Origin: an uncultured Nitrospirales bacterium | GTDB taxonomy: Bacteria; Nitrospirota; Thermodesulfovibrionia; UBA6902; BMS3Bbin08 | DNA length: 60,613 nt | Reading direction: 5' to 3' | Assembly (NCBI GenBank): GCA_964574765.1 | Contig: CAZNPC010000003.1 | Coordinates: 1-60,613 of the forward strand | Part shown: positions 19,968-29,010 of the stretch, piece by piece | Layout: the number at the start of each line of letters is the position of its first letter | Numbering within the stretch: position 1 is the stretch's first letter | Translations under genes and position numbers: made by a program | The notes under the pieces: model-generated | The model's database searches: none | What the model was told of the DNA's origin: nothing | The model's input: the letters and a program-made list of their open reading frames with translations, nothing else

Positions 19968-20681
19968 ATGCGTTACGCTGTTATCTCAGATGTGCACTCC
20001 AATTTAGAAGCCCTTCACGCTGTCTATAATAATATAGAAAATACAGTTGACTATGTCCTTTTTCTGGGAGACTGTGTCGGATATGGTCCGAACCCAAATG
20101 AATGTGTAGCGGCCTTAAGGGAAAAAGCACAGGTCATGATTGCGGGCAATCATGACCGGGCTGCTGTGGGTATGACATCCATCGGGAATTTCAATTCCTA
20201 TGCCAGGACTGCCGTCATATGGACTCATAATGTTCTCAATGATGAAAACCGGGTATTCCTTCAGGGTATTCCTCTTATTGAAAAGTTTAGTGGAATCCTG
20301 CTTGTCCACGGAACACCCCTGGAGCCTGAACGCTGGCATTATCTGGCAAGCGGAAATACTGAGCAAAATTTTCATTCTTTTGGCGATAAAATATGCCTGA
20401 CGGGCCACAGCCATCTGCCTGTTATAGTAGAACGCTCGCCGGAAAATAAAATAACCCGTTATGCAGAATTCGCAGAAATTAAGAAAGATCACAGATATAT
20501 TGTTAATGCGGGCAGTGTAGGCCAGCCGAGAGATGGAAATCCTGACGCATCTTATGTCCTGCTGGATGAAAATTGTATCGAAATAAAGAGGGCATCTTAT
20601 GATATAGTATCTACACAAACGAAAATGAGAAACGCCGGGCTCCCTGAATACCTTATAACAAGGCTTGCACGGGGACTGTAA
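19968..20681 (+). CDS. Metallophosphoesterase (YfcE/MJ0936-like)
   Basis: Motifs DVHSN, GDCVGYGP, GNHD, GHSH. ATG 19968 is preferred over GTG 19956, which lies in the repeat. Confidence 0.8.
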   Translation: MRYAVISDVHSNLEALHAVYNNIENTVDYVLFLGDCVGYGPNPNECVAALREKAQVMIAGNHDRAAVGMTSIGNFNSYARTAVIWTHNVLNDENRVFLQGIPLIEKFSGILLVHGTPLEPERWHYLASGNTEQNFHSFGDKICLTGHSHLPVIVERSPENKITRYAEFAEIKKDHRYIVNAGSVGQPRDGNPDASYVLLDENCIEIKRASYDIVSTQTKMRNAGLPEYLITRLARGL

Positions 20682-20777
20682 CTGGTGAAAATTAGCAATT
20701 AACGACTGTTAATTATTTAAAATTTTACACTGATAGATGATAATTTTGCATTTTAAATTTACTGCCGGGAGATCATT

Positions 20778-22076
20778 TTGATACCACGCTACACAAGGCC
20801 GGAAATGGCCAAAATCTGGGAGCCGCAAAACAGGTTTCAGAAATGGCTGGATGTTGAGATCGCAGCCTGCGAGGCATGGGCAAAACTGGGGGGGATTCCT
20901 GTCAAGAGCCTGAGGACAATAAAAAAACGGGCGCAATTCAATGTCAAAAGAATAGATAAAATCGAACAAACAGTCAAGCATGATGTAATCGCTTTTTTAA
21001 CATCTGTAAGTGAATATGTGGGGACTGACGCCCGTTTTATTCATAAAGGGCTTACTTCGTCGGATATACTGGACACAGCTCTCGCCGTCCTTATGAAAGA
21101 GGCTGCGGATATTATTATCAGGGACATCGAGGAACTTATGAAGGTCTTGAAATCCAACGCGCACAAATACAAAAAGACCCTGCAGATGGGCAGAAGTCAT
21201 GGAATTCATGCGGAACCCACTACATTCGGGATCACTTTTGCACTATGGTATGAAGAAATGAAGCGAAACCTTGTCCGTATGAAAACAGCGAGGGAAACCA
21301 TCGGCTATGGACAGCTTTCAGGGCCTGTCGGAACTTATTCCAGTCTCCCGCCTTCTATTGAAACGTTTGTCTGCAGGAAACTCGGGTTAAAAGCGGCTCC
21401 GGTATCTACCCAGGTTATTCAGAGGGACAGGCATGCCGAATATATGAACACACTTGCACTAATTGCAGGTGCGATTGAGAAAATGGCTGTTGAAATGAGA
21501 CATCTTCAGAGGACTGAAGTACTTGAAGCTGAAGAACCTTTTGAAAAAGGACAAAAAGGCTCGTCAGCAATGCCGCATAAACGCAATCCTGTCGGCAGTG
21601 AAAACCTCAGCGGGCTTGCGAGGATCGTCCGGTCCAACGCGCTCGCCGCCATGGAGAATATCCCTTTATGGCATGAACGGGATATAAGCCATTCCTCGGT
21701 TGAAAGGATCATAATTCCGGACAGTACGATTCTAATAAATTACATGCTCGTCAGGCTCAGGACAATTCTGAAAGGTATTCAGGTGTATCCTGACAGAATG
21801 AAAGATAATATCGACCTAAGTTACGGGCTCTTCTGTTCTCAGCGGGTACTTCTTAAACTTACTGAAAAAGGACTCAGCCGTGAAAAAGCATATAATCTTG
21901 TCCAAAAAAATGCCATGCAGAGCTGGGGAAAAAAGATAAATTTCAAAGAAATCCTGGGAAAAGACCCTCTGATCAAAAAATATCTCTCATCAAAAGATAT
22001 GGAGAGTCTTTTCAATCTGTCGTATTATTTAAAAAACGTGGATTATATATACAAAAGAGTATTCAGGAAATCATGA
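20778..22076 (+). CDS. purB: Adenylosuccinate lyase
   Basis: TTG start giving (M)IPRYTRPEM. TSSDILDT. Signature SSAMPHKRNP. 432 aa. Confidence 0.95.
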   Translation: MIPRYTRPEMAKIWEPQNRFQKWLDVEIAACEAWAKLGGIPVKSLRTIKKRAQFNVKRIDKIEQTVKHDVIAFLTSVSEYVGTDARFIHKGLTSSDILDTALAVLMKEAADIIIRDIEELMKVLKSNAHKYKKTLQMGRSHGIHAEPTTFGITFALWYEEMKRNLVRMKTARETIGYGQLSGPVGTYSSLPPSIETFVCRKLGLKAAPVSTQVIQRDRHAEYMNTLALIAGAIEKMAVEMRHLQRTEVLEAEEPFEKGQKGSSAMPHKRNPVGSENLSGLARIVRSNALAAMENIPLWHERDISHSSVERIIIPDSTILINYMLVRLRTILKGIQVYPDRMKDNIDLSYGLFCSQRVLLKLTEKGLSREKAYNLVQKNAMQSWGKKINFKEILGKDPLIKKYLSSKDMESLFNLSYYLKNVDYIYKRVFRKS

Positions 22077-22128
22077 TTGCCCTGAACCATAATAAATGTA
22101 GAAGTCAGGAAGGGAGTCTATTGCTGAA

Positions 22129-23016
22129 TCAAACAGCCTGTTCCGTAAGTATCTTTAATATGTCCTGATACCTTTCAGAGGTTTTTTTCACGATGTCTTC
22201 CGGAAGCTCAGGCCCGGGCGGGGTCTTGTCCCAGTCAAGAGTAAGAAGATAATCCCTGACAATCTGCTTGTCATAACTGTCCTGGCTCCTTCCCGGCTCA
22301 TAATCTTTTATGCTCCAGAAACGCGAAGAATCAGGGGTCAGCAGTTCGTCTATCAGGATTATTTCATCGTTATAAATACCGAATTCCATTTTTGTGTCTG
22401 CAATGATAATGCCTTTTCCGGCTGCAAGGTCTCTTGCCCTTTTATAAATGCCGAGGCTAAGGTCCCTGAGTTTCAACGCGGTTTCCTCCCCAACTATTTT
22501 TATTGTTTCTTCAAAGGAAATGTTTATGTCATGGCCTGACTCGGCCTTTGTGCTTGGTGTGAAAACAGGATGTTCAATTTTTGAAGATTCAACCAGTCCC
22601 TGCGGAAGATTTATTCCGCAGATCGTGCCGTCTTCCTGGTATGATTTCCAGCCGCTGCCTGAAATATAACCTCGCACTATACACTCAACCGGCGGAACTT
22701 CAGCCTTTTTTACCAGCAGGCTCCTGCCCTCCAGCACGTCACTGTATTTTTGCAGATTTCGCGGAAAGTCTTTTACATCAACTGCCACAATGTGGTTTTT
22801 GACCATATCTGCCATTTTTTCAAACCAGAAAACAGATATGGCGGTAAGCACTCTGCCTTTTTCAGGAATGCCGTTTGGAAGTACAACATCAAAGGCCGAT
22901 ACTCTGTCTGTTACAACAAGCAGCAGATGCTCGCCAAGGTCATAAATATCCCTAACCTTGCCCCGTCTCGGGCTGCCCACATCAGGCATATCTGTTTTAA
23001 GTACTATTTCCTTCAT
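22129..23016 (-). CDS. purC: SAICAR synthase
   Basis: 295-aa long-form PurC ([28 protein letters not shown]). Confidence 0.95.
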   Translation of the reverse strand: MKEIVLKTDMPDVGSPRRGKVRDIYDLGEHLLLVVTDRVSAFDVVLPNGIPEKGRVLTAISVFWFEKMADMVKNHIVAVDVKDFPRNLQKYSDVLEGRSLLVKKAEVPPVECIVRGYISGSGWKSYQEDGTICGINLPQGLVESSKIEHPVFTPSTKAESGHDINISFEETIKIVGEETALKLRDLSLGIYKRARDLAAGKGIIIADTKMEFGIYNDEIILIDELLTPDSSRFWSIKDYEPGRSQDSYDKQIVRDYLLTLDWDKTPPGPELPEDIVKKTSERYQDILKILTEQAV

Positions 23017-23307
23017 TTGGCAGTAAATAAAATACTTCTCCGGATTTCACATCCGGGGCAAGATTATTGGCCTGATTCCGATAAATTAGCATGTTTAAGA
23101 ACAGCTGTTTATGAACATAGACCAGAAAAAAATAATACACTATTGAAGATTTTTTTTCAAAGTATTAAAATCATTTCCTTCAAGCAGTCCTGCCGCCTAC
23201 CGGCGGGCAGGTATAGATTCCTCACGGATTCAGGTAAAATATAGGCCGAACACTTTAGAAGCTTTGACAACACCAGATCGAATACAACCAAAAAGGTACC
23301 AGGCATA

Positions 23308-26300
23308 ATGGGCTTATTACATTTATTTCGGACTCCGGTCCTGTCCGAAGCGAAAAAAAAAGAATTGTTATCCGCTGTTCAGCAGAAAATATCTCCTGAG
23401 ATCAGGGATCTGCTTACAGAGTACTGCTTTAACATAGAAGTTCGCGAGCCGCTGACGTCAGCGGAGCTTGAAATCCTTTGCTGGCTTTTGTCAGAGACAT
23501 TCGCTCCAGAGAATTTCTCTGATAAAAGCTTTTTGAATCGTCAATCGCTCGCCTCGTGCGAAGCCTACGGGTCAGTCGTCAATCGTCAATTTATTCTTGA
23601 GGCCGGTCCCCGCATGAATTTTTCAACTGCCTGGTCAACCAATGCTGTTGCCGTCTGCCGCGCCTGCGGACTTGATAAGATCAGCCGTATAGAGCGTTCC
23701 CGCAGATATAAGCTAATCATAGATGATAAGAAGATAGGAAGCTGGGAAGATAAGAAAACCTCAACTTCTCAACCTCTCAACTTCTTAACTTCTAAATTTT
23801 CAGAGCTTATCTATGACCGCATGACAGAATGTCTCTATCCGGAACCGCTTGTATCATTTGACACCGGCGCGGCCCCTGAGCCGGTATTTGAGATCCTGTT
23901 AAAGGAAAACGGCAGAGCTGCGCTTGAGAAAATAAACAGAAAAATGGGTCTTGGCCTGGATGAATGGGATATGGATTACTACTATAATTTATTTGTAAAT
24001 GATATCGGCCGGAACCCCTCAAATGTCGAATGTTTTGACCTGAGCCAGTCAAACAGCGAACACTCAAGACACTGGTTTTTCAAGGGAAAACTGATCATTG
24101 ACGGCAGGGAGCTCCCTCATACACTAATGGATCTGGTCAAAAAACCGCTTAAAGCCAATCATGGAAACAGTGTTATTGCTTTTAAAGACAACTCCAGCGC
24201 TATCAGGGGTCATGATATAGAAACAGTCATTCCGGAAGAACCGGGCGAATATTCCCGCTTAAAGAAAACTTCTCTAAACTACCACCTTACATTCACTGCT
24301 GAAACACACAATTTCCCCAGTGGAGTAGCTCCCTTCCCCGGAGCTGAAACAGGGACAGGCGGGAGAATAAGGGATGTGGAAGCAGTGGGCAGAGGGGGTC
24401 TGGTCATCGCAGGAACTGCTGCATATTGCGTTGGAAATCTTCAGATCCCCGGCTACGATCTGCCCTGGGAAGACAGGGATTTTAAATATCCTGATAATCT
24501 GGCCTCGCCGCTGGATATCGAAATACAGGCCAGTAACGGCGCTTCTGATTACGGAAACAAGTTCGGAGAGCCTGTTATTCAGGGTTTTACGCGTTCTTTC
24601 GGTATGAAATTACCCAACGGCAGCCGATGCGAATGGATCAAGCCCATAATGTTCACCGGAGGGGTGGGACAGATGGATTCACGGCATATTGAAAAGCAGG
24701 ATCCTGAAAAGGGAATGCTGGTTGTCAAGATCGGAGGCCCGGCCTACAGAATAGGCATAGGCGGCGGCGGCGCCTCAAGCATGATACAGGGTGAAAATGT
24801 CGCGGAACTGGATTTTAACGCTGTTCAGCGCGGAGACGCGGAAATGGAGCAGAAACTCAACCGTGTAATAAGGGCTTGTGTTGAACTGGGTGAACACAAT
24901 CCCATTGTCAGCATTCACGACCAGGGCGCAGGCGGAAACTGTAATGTTGTCAAGGAGATCATTTATCCCGCGGGTGCAAAAATTGAAGTAAGAAATATAC
25001 AGGTCGCTGACAACACTCTGTCTGTACTGGAGATATGGGGGGCAGAGTATCAGGAACAGAATGCCCTGCTTTTGCAAGATAAAGATATCAGCCTCTTTAA
25101 TGCCATGTGTCACAGGGAAAAAGTTCCTTACTCAGTAATAGGCCGTATCACTAACGACGGATATGCAGTGCTTCATGATGAATCGGACGGAAGTACTCCG
25201 GTAAACCTGTCTCTGAAAAAAATCCTTGGTGACATGCCTCAGAAAACATTTCGAATGGACCGTGTCCAGCCCACAGTTGAGCCGCTGAATCTGCCCGCGG
25301 GGATTACAGTCAGAGAATCTCTTGACAGAGTATTACGGCTCGTATCAGTTGGGTCTAAAAGATTTCTGACCAACAAAGTTGATCGCAGTGTAACAGGCCT
25401 GATAGCTCAACAGCAATGCTCGGGACCGCTGCAACTAACGGTTTCAGATGCAGCAGTGGTAAGCCAGAGCCATCTGGGAATTACCGGTTCCGCCATATCC
25501 ATCGGTGAACAGCCGATAAAAGGTTTAATAGACCCTGCCGCAATGGCGCGCATGACAATTGCCGAGGCTTTAACAAATATTGTGTGGGCAAAAATAGACG
25601 CTCTTGAAGATATTAAATGTTCGGGTAATTGGATGTGGGCTCCCAAACTGCCCGGTGAGGGCGCAAAACTCTATGACGCCGCAGCCGCGTTAAGCGATAT
25701 TATGATTAAACTAGGCATAGCCATTGACGGCGGCAAGGACAGCCTTTCCATGGCCACACAGTTAAAAGATGCCTCTGGCGGCAGCCAGACCGTCAAATCT
25801 CCGGCAACTCTGGTCATATCCGCTTATGCGCCCTGCACCGACATAACAATGACAATCACACCCGATATTAAACATCCTGGCCTTAGCAGGCTTATATACA
25901 TAGACCTTGGCATGGGCAAAGACCGGCTGGGGGGAAGCGCGCTCGCGCAGGTTTACGGCCAGACCGGCAGTGACTCGCCTGACATAGACAGCCCGGACCT
26001 GCTGAAACAAACCTTTACCGCAATACAGAGACTAATATCTGAAGGGCTTATCTCCGCGGGCCATGACAGAAGTGACGGCGGCCTTATAACAACCCTTCTG
26101 GAAATGGCTTTCTCTGGAAACTGCGGAATTGATATAGAGTTAACAAAACAGAAGGAAGAGGGAAGAGGGACGATAGACGAAAACAATGTAATATCGTTAT
26201 TGTTTTCTGAAGAAGCGGGAATGGTAATTGAATACCTGCCCGAACATGAAAATCAAATTTCGAACATACTGAAACAGGATTCTATCCCCTTTGAAATAAT

Positions 26301-27366
26301 AGGGAAAACGCTTAAAGAAAAAACAATTAATATTGCAATCAACAATCAGCAATCAGCAATCAAAACTGTTCTTAATGAAGACATGAGAGTCTTAAGAGAT
26401 GTTTGGGAAGAGACAAGTTTCCGGCTTGAGCGGTTTCAGACAAATCCCGGTGTGGCTGAAGAAGAAAAAAACTGTAACTATGACCGGAAAAGCCCTGATC
26501 TTTTCCTCAGTTTTACGCCTGAAGACACATCAAGTGCACTGATCAAAGACAATAACAGGCCAAAGGTGGCCATTATACGTGAAGAAGGCAGTAACAGCGA
26601 CCGCGAAATGACCTCTGCTTTTTATCTCGCCGGTTTTGAGCCATGGGACGTGACAATAACGGATTTCCTTGAAAGCAGGATCAATCTCCGGGATTTTAGA
26701 GGCATGGCTTTTGTCGGGGGCTTTAGTTACGCGGATGTCCTGGATTCAGCAAAGGGCTGGGCGGGTGTGATCAAATTCAATAATAAGATCTGGGATGAAT
26801 TTCAGCATTTCTATGACAGAAAAGATACTTTCAGTCTGGGCGTATGCAATGGATGCCAGCTCATGGCCTTACTTGGATGGGTTCCCTGGCAGGGGATTGC
26901 CGATAAACTCCAGCCCCGGTTCATTCATAATAGTTCAGGCCGATTCGAGTCCCGATTTTCTTCGGTCAAAATACTTCCCGGCCCGTCTATAATGTTAAAA
27001 GACATGGAAGATTCTGTTTTGGGCATCTGGGTCGCGCACGGAGAAGGAAGGGCATTTTTCCCGGACAGCGGCATCATCAAAAAAATAGAAGAAAAATGCC
27101 TTGCTCCCGTACGTTACGTGAATGACAGTAATGAAATCACGATGCAATATCCTTTTAACCCTAACGGATCTGTCAATGGAATAGCGGGCCTTTGCTCGTC
27201 AGACGGAAGACATCTGGCAATAATGCCTCATCCTGAGAGAACCTTTCTAAAATGGCAGTGGCCGTGGATGTCTGAAGACTGGAAAAAACAGTTAAAGGTA
27301 TCTCCCTGGCTTAAAATCTTTCAAAACGCAAGACAGTGGTGTGAAAGAAACACAGATGATCGCTGA
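23308..27366 (+). CDS. purL: Phosphoribosylformylglycinamidine synthase, single-chain large PurL
   Basis: 1352 aa. Synthetase core (ETHNFPS, GAETGTGGRIRD) plus a C-terminal class I glutaminase (GVCNGCQ, MPHPER). Confidence 0.97.
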   Translation: MGLLHLFRTPVLSEAKKKELLSAVQQKISPEIRDLLTEYCFNIEVREPLTSAELEILCWLLSETFAPENFSDKSFLNRQSLASCEAYGSVVNRQFILEAGPRMNFSTAWSTNAVAVCRACGLDKISRIERSRRYKLIIDDKKIGSWEDKKTSTSQPLNFLTSKFSELIYDRMTECLYPEPLVSFDTGAAPEPVFEILLKENGRAALEKINRKMGLGLDEWDMDYYYNLFVNDIGRNPSNVECFDLSQSNSEHSRHWFFKGKLIIDGRELPHTLMDLVKKPLKANHGNSVIAFKDNSSAIRGHDIETVIPEEPGEYSRLKKTSLNYHLTFTAETHNFPSGVAPFPGAETGTGGRIRDVEAVGRGGLVIAGTAAYCVGNLQIPGYDLPWEDRDFKYPDNLASPLDIEIQASNGASDYGNKFGEPVIQGFTRSFGMKLPNGSRCEWIKPIMFTGGVGQMDSRHIEKQDPEKGMLVVKIGGPAYRIGIGGGGASSMIQGENVAELDFNAVQRGDAEMEQKLNRVIRACVELGEHNPIVSIHDQGAGGNCNVVKEIIYPAGAKIEVRNIQVADNTLSVLEIWGAEYQEQNALLLQDKDISLFNAMCHREKVPYSVIGRITNDGYAVLHDESDGSTPVNLSLKKILGDMPQKTFRMDRVQPTVEPLNLPAGITVRESLDRVLRLVSVGSKRFLTNKVDRSVTGLIAQQQCSGPLQLTVSDAAVVSQSHLGITGSAISIGEQPIKGLIDPAAMARMTIAEALTNIVWAKIDALEDIKCSGNWMWAPKLPGEGAKLYDAAAALSDIMIKLGIAIDGGKDSLSMATQLKDASGGSQTVKSPATLVISAYAPCTDITMTITPDIKHPGLSRLIYIDLGMGKDRLGGSALAQVYGQTGSDSPDIDSPDLLKQTFTAIQRLISEGLISAGHDRSDGGLITTLLEMAFSGNCGIDIELTKQKEEGRGTIDENNVISLLFSEEAGMVIEYLPEHENQISNILKQDSIPFEIIGKTLKEKTINIAINNQQSAIKTVLNEDMRVLRDVWEETSFRLERFQTNPGVAEEEKNCNYDRKSPDLFLSFTPEDTSSALIKDNNRPKVAIIREEGSNSDREMTSAFYLAGFEPWDVTITDFLESRINLRDFRGMAFVGGFSYADVLDSAKGWAGVIKFNNKIWDEFQHFYDRKDTFSLGVCNGCQLMALLGWVPWQGIADKLQPRFIHNSSGRFESRFSSVKILPGPSIMLKDMEDSVLGIWVAHGEGRAFFPDSGIIKKIEEKCLAPVRYVNDSNEITMQYPFNPNGSVNGIAGLCSSDGRHLAIMPHPERTFLKWQWPWMSEDWKKQLKVSPWLKIFQNARQWCERNTDDR
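23760..23799 (+). repeat. 8-bp tandem array x5 inside purL
   Basis: CTCAACTT CTCAACCT CTCAACTT CTTAACTT CTAAATTT, encoding ..TSTSQPLNFLTSKF.. Confidence 0.8.
26336..26363 (+). repeat. 7-bp tandem array x4 inside purL
   Basis: CAATCAA CAATCAG CAATCAG CAATCAA, encoding ..AINNQQSAIK.. Confidence 0.8.
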
Positions 27367-27437
27367 TATACAACAGATACCCACAGAAAATAATATCTGT
27401 GATCATCATGTAAAAAATCTGTGTTAATCAGTGTTCC
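27348..27437. repeat. Head-to-head pair of TCTGTG-core repeat units across the purL stop
   Basis: 27348-27370 is the reverse complement of 19939-19961 (23/23). A forward degenerate copy lies at 27393-27437 with ATCTGTG at 27395 and 27417. Confidence 0.85.
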
Positions 27438-27506
27438 TTATATAGGAAATGTTATACTATTAAGGCATTCTGCTAGGATGGCTTTTAATTCTAAAAGGAA
27501 AACAGC

Positions 27507-28928
27507 TTGAACAATCCCGATAAATTTCATGATGAATGCGGAGTCTTTGGGGTCTTCGGTCACGCGGAAGCCGCGAACCTGACTTATCTGGGCCTGCACG
27601 CTCTTCAGCACAGGGGACAGGAAGGGGCCGGCATATGTTCTTCTGACAGGAGACAGGTCTTCATAGAAAAATCCGTCGGCCTTGTGGCAGATATTTTCAG
27701 TGAAAAGAGGCTCAAACGCCTCCCCGGCGATATAGCCATAGGCCATACCCGCTATTCCACTGCCGGCGCCAGTGCTTTGAAAAATGTACAACCTATAATG
27801 GTCAATTATTCCCTTGGTTCCCTCGCAATAGCCCATAACGGAAACCTGGTGAACGCAAACGATCTGAGGAAAGATCTTGAATCAGACGGAGCCATATTTC
27901 AATCCACTTCTGACAGCGAGGTCATAGTTCATCTTATAGCAAATTCCAGGGAAAGCAGCCTTTACGAGCGCATCATTGATACCACGAGAAAGCTGCGCGG
28001 CGCTTTCAGTCTGCTTATGATGACAGAAACTGAAATTATCGCTATAAGAGACCCTTACGGATTCAGACCATTAAGTATAGGCACTTATGACGGAGCATAT
28101 GTAATTACATCGGAAACCTGCGCATTTGACCTTATCGACGCGCATTATCTGCGGGATGTAGCACCCGGTGAAATGGTAATTATAAACAGTGAAGGGATCA
28201 AGTCCTTTAAACCGCTTCATGCACAAAGACATGCTTTTTGTATTTTTGAATTTGTTTATTTTTCACGACCTGACAGCTGTATTTTTGGAAATCAGAATGT
28301 AAATGCCATAAGAAAAGAGCTCGGCCGCCAGCTTGCGCGGGAGCATCCTATAGAAGCCGACCTTGTCATTCCTGTGCCTGATTCAGGTGTGCCCGCTGCA
28401 ATAGGATATGCCGAGGAAAGCGGGATACCGTTTGATTTCGGTCTTATAAGAAACCACTATGTAGGCCGCACTTTTATCGAACCAAAACATTCAATACGAC
28501 ATTTCGGAGTAAAACTGAAATTAAATCCTGTAAGGAAACTGCTTCAAAACAAAAGAATTATTGTTGTCGACGATTCAATCGTGCGTGGGACAACAAGCAA
28601 GAAGATCGTAAAAATGATCAAAGAAGGCGGCGGCGCGAAAGAGGTCCATCTCAGAATAAGTTCTCCTCCCACCATCGGGCCCTGTTTCTATGGTATCGAT
28701 ACACCGACCAGAAAAGAACTTATCGCATCCACCCACAGCATAGAAGAGATAAAGAAATACATCTGTGCCGACAGCGTGGGTTATCTGAATATCGATGGAC
28801 TGCTGAAAGTAGTCGCGACACCTGAAGAATACTGCAGCGCCTGTTTTGACAACAATTACCCGGTTTTTTCACCGGAAGATAAAGCAGAACAAATAGAGCT
28901 TTTTAAAAGTATCCCCAAAAATTCCTGA
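27507..28928 (+). CDS. purF: Amidophosphoribosyltransferase
   Basis: TTG start. Propeptide then Ntn Cys (DECGVFGVFG). PRPP loop VVVDDSIVRGTT. Confidence 0.95.
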   Translation: MNNPDKFHDECGVFGVFGHAEAANLTYLGLHALQHRGQEGAGICSSDRRQVFIEKSVGLVADIFSEKRLKRLPGDIAIGHTRYSTAGASALKNVQPIMVNYSLGSLAIAHNGNLVNANDLRKDLESDGAIFQSTSDSEVIVHLIANSRESSLYERIIDTTRKLRGAFSLLMMTETEIIAIRDPYGFRPLSIGTYDGAYVITSETCAFDLIDAHYLRDVAPGEMVIINSEGIKSFKPLHAQRHAFCIFEFVYFSRPDSCIFGNQNVNAIRKELGRQLAREHPIEADLVIPVPDSGVPAAIGYAEESGIPFDFGLIRNHYVGRTFIEPKHSIRHFGVKLKLNPVRKLLQNKRIIVVDDSIVRGTTSKKIVKMIKEGGGAKEVHLRISSPPTIGPCFYGIDTPTRKELIASTHSIEEIKKYICADSVGYLNIDGLLKVVATPEEYCSACFDNNYPVFSPEDKAEQIELFKSIPKNS

Positions 28929-29010
28929 TAGCGTCAGTTTCTCCAGCATCTATTGTCCTTTAATCCTCTTTGATGTCTTGGGCTTGATGATAAGGATATT
29001 ATCTGTGTAC

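Noticed and set aside
23189-23211. GC-rich hairpin CCTGCCGCC-TACC-GGCGGGCAGG sharing the 13-mer CTACCGGCGGGCA with 19371-19383.
   Set aside because: A 13-mer match is expected by chance tens of times in a 60-kb window on both strands. The flanks do not align. Not enough to call a repeat family.
23017-23307. Possible purine or ZTP riboswitch in the 291-nt purC/purL divergent region.
   Set aside because: I could not find the conserved cores of either class: no purine-riboswitch junction sequence and no GGGUCGUGAC...CCGCCUGGGC pattern. Only a CCGGAT-N5-ATCCGG palindrome and a GC hairpin are present.
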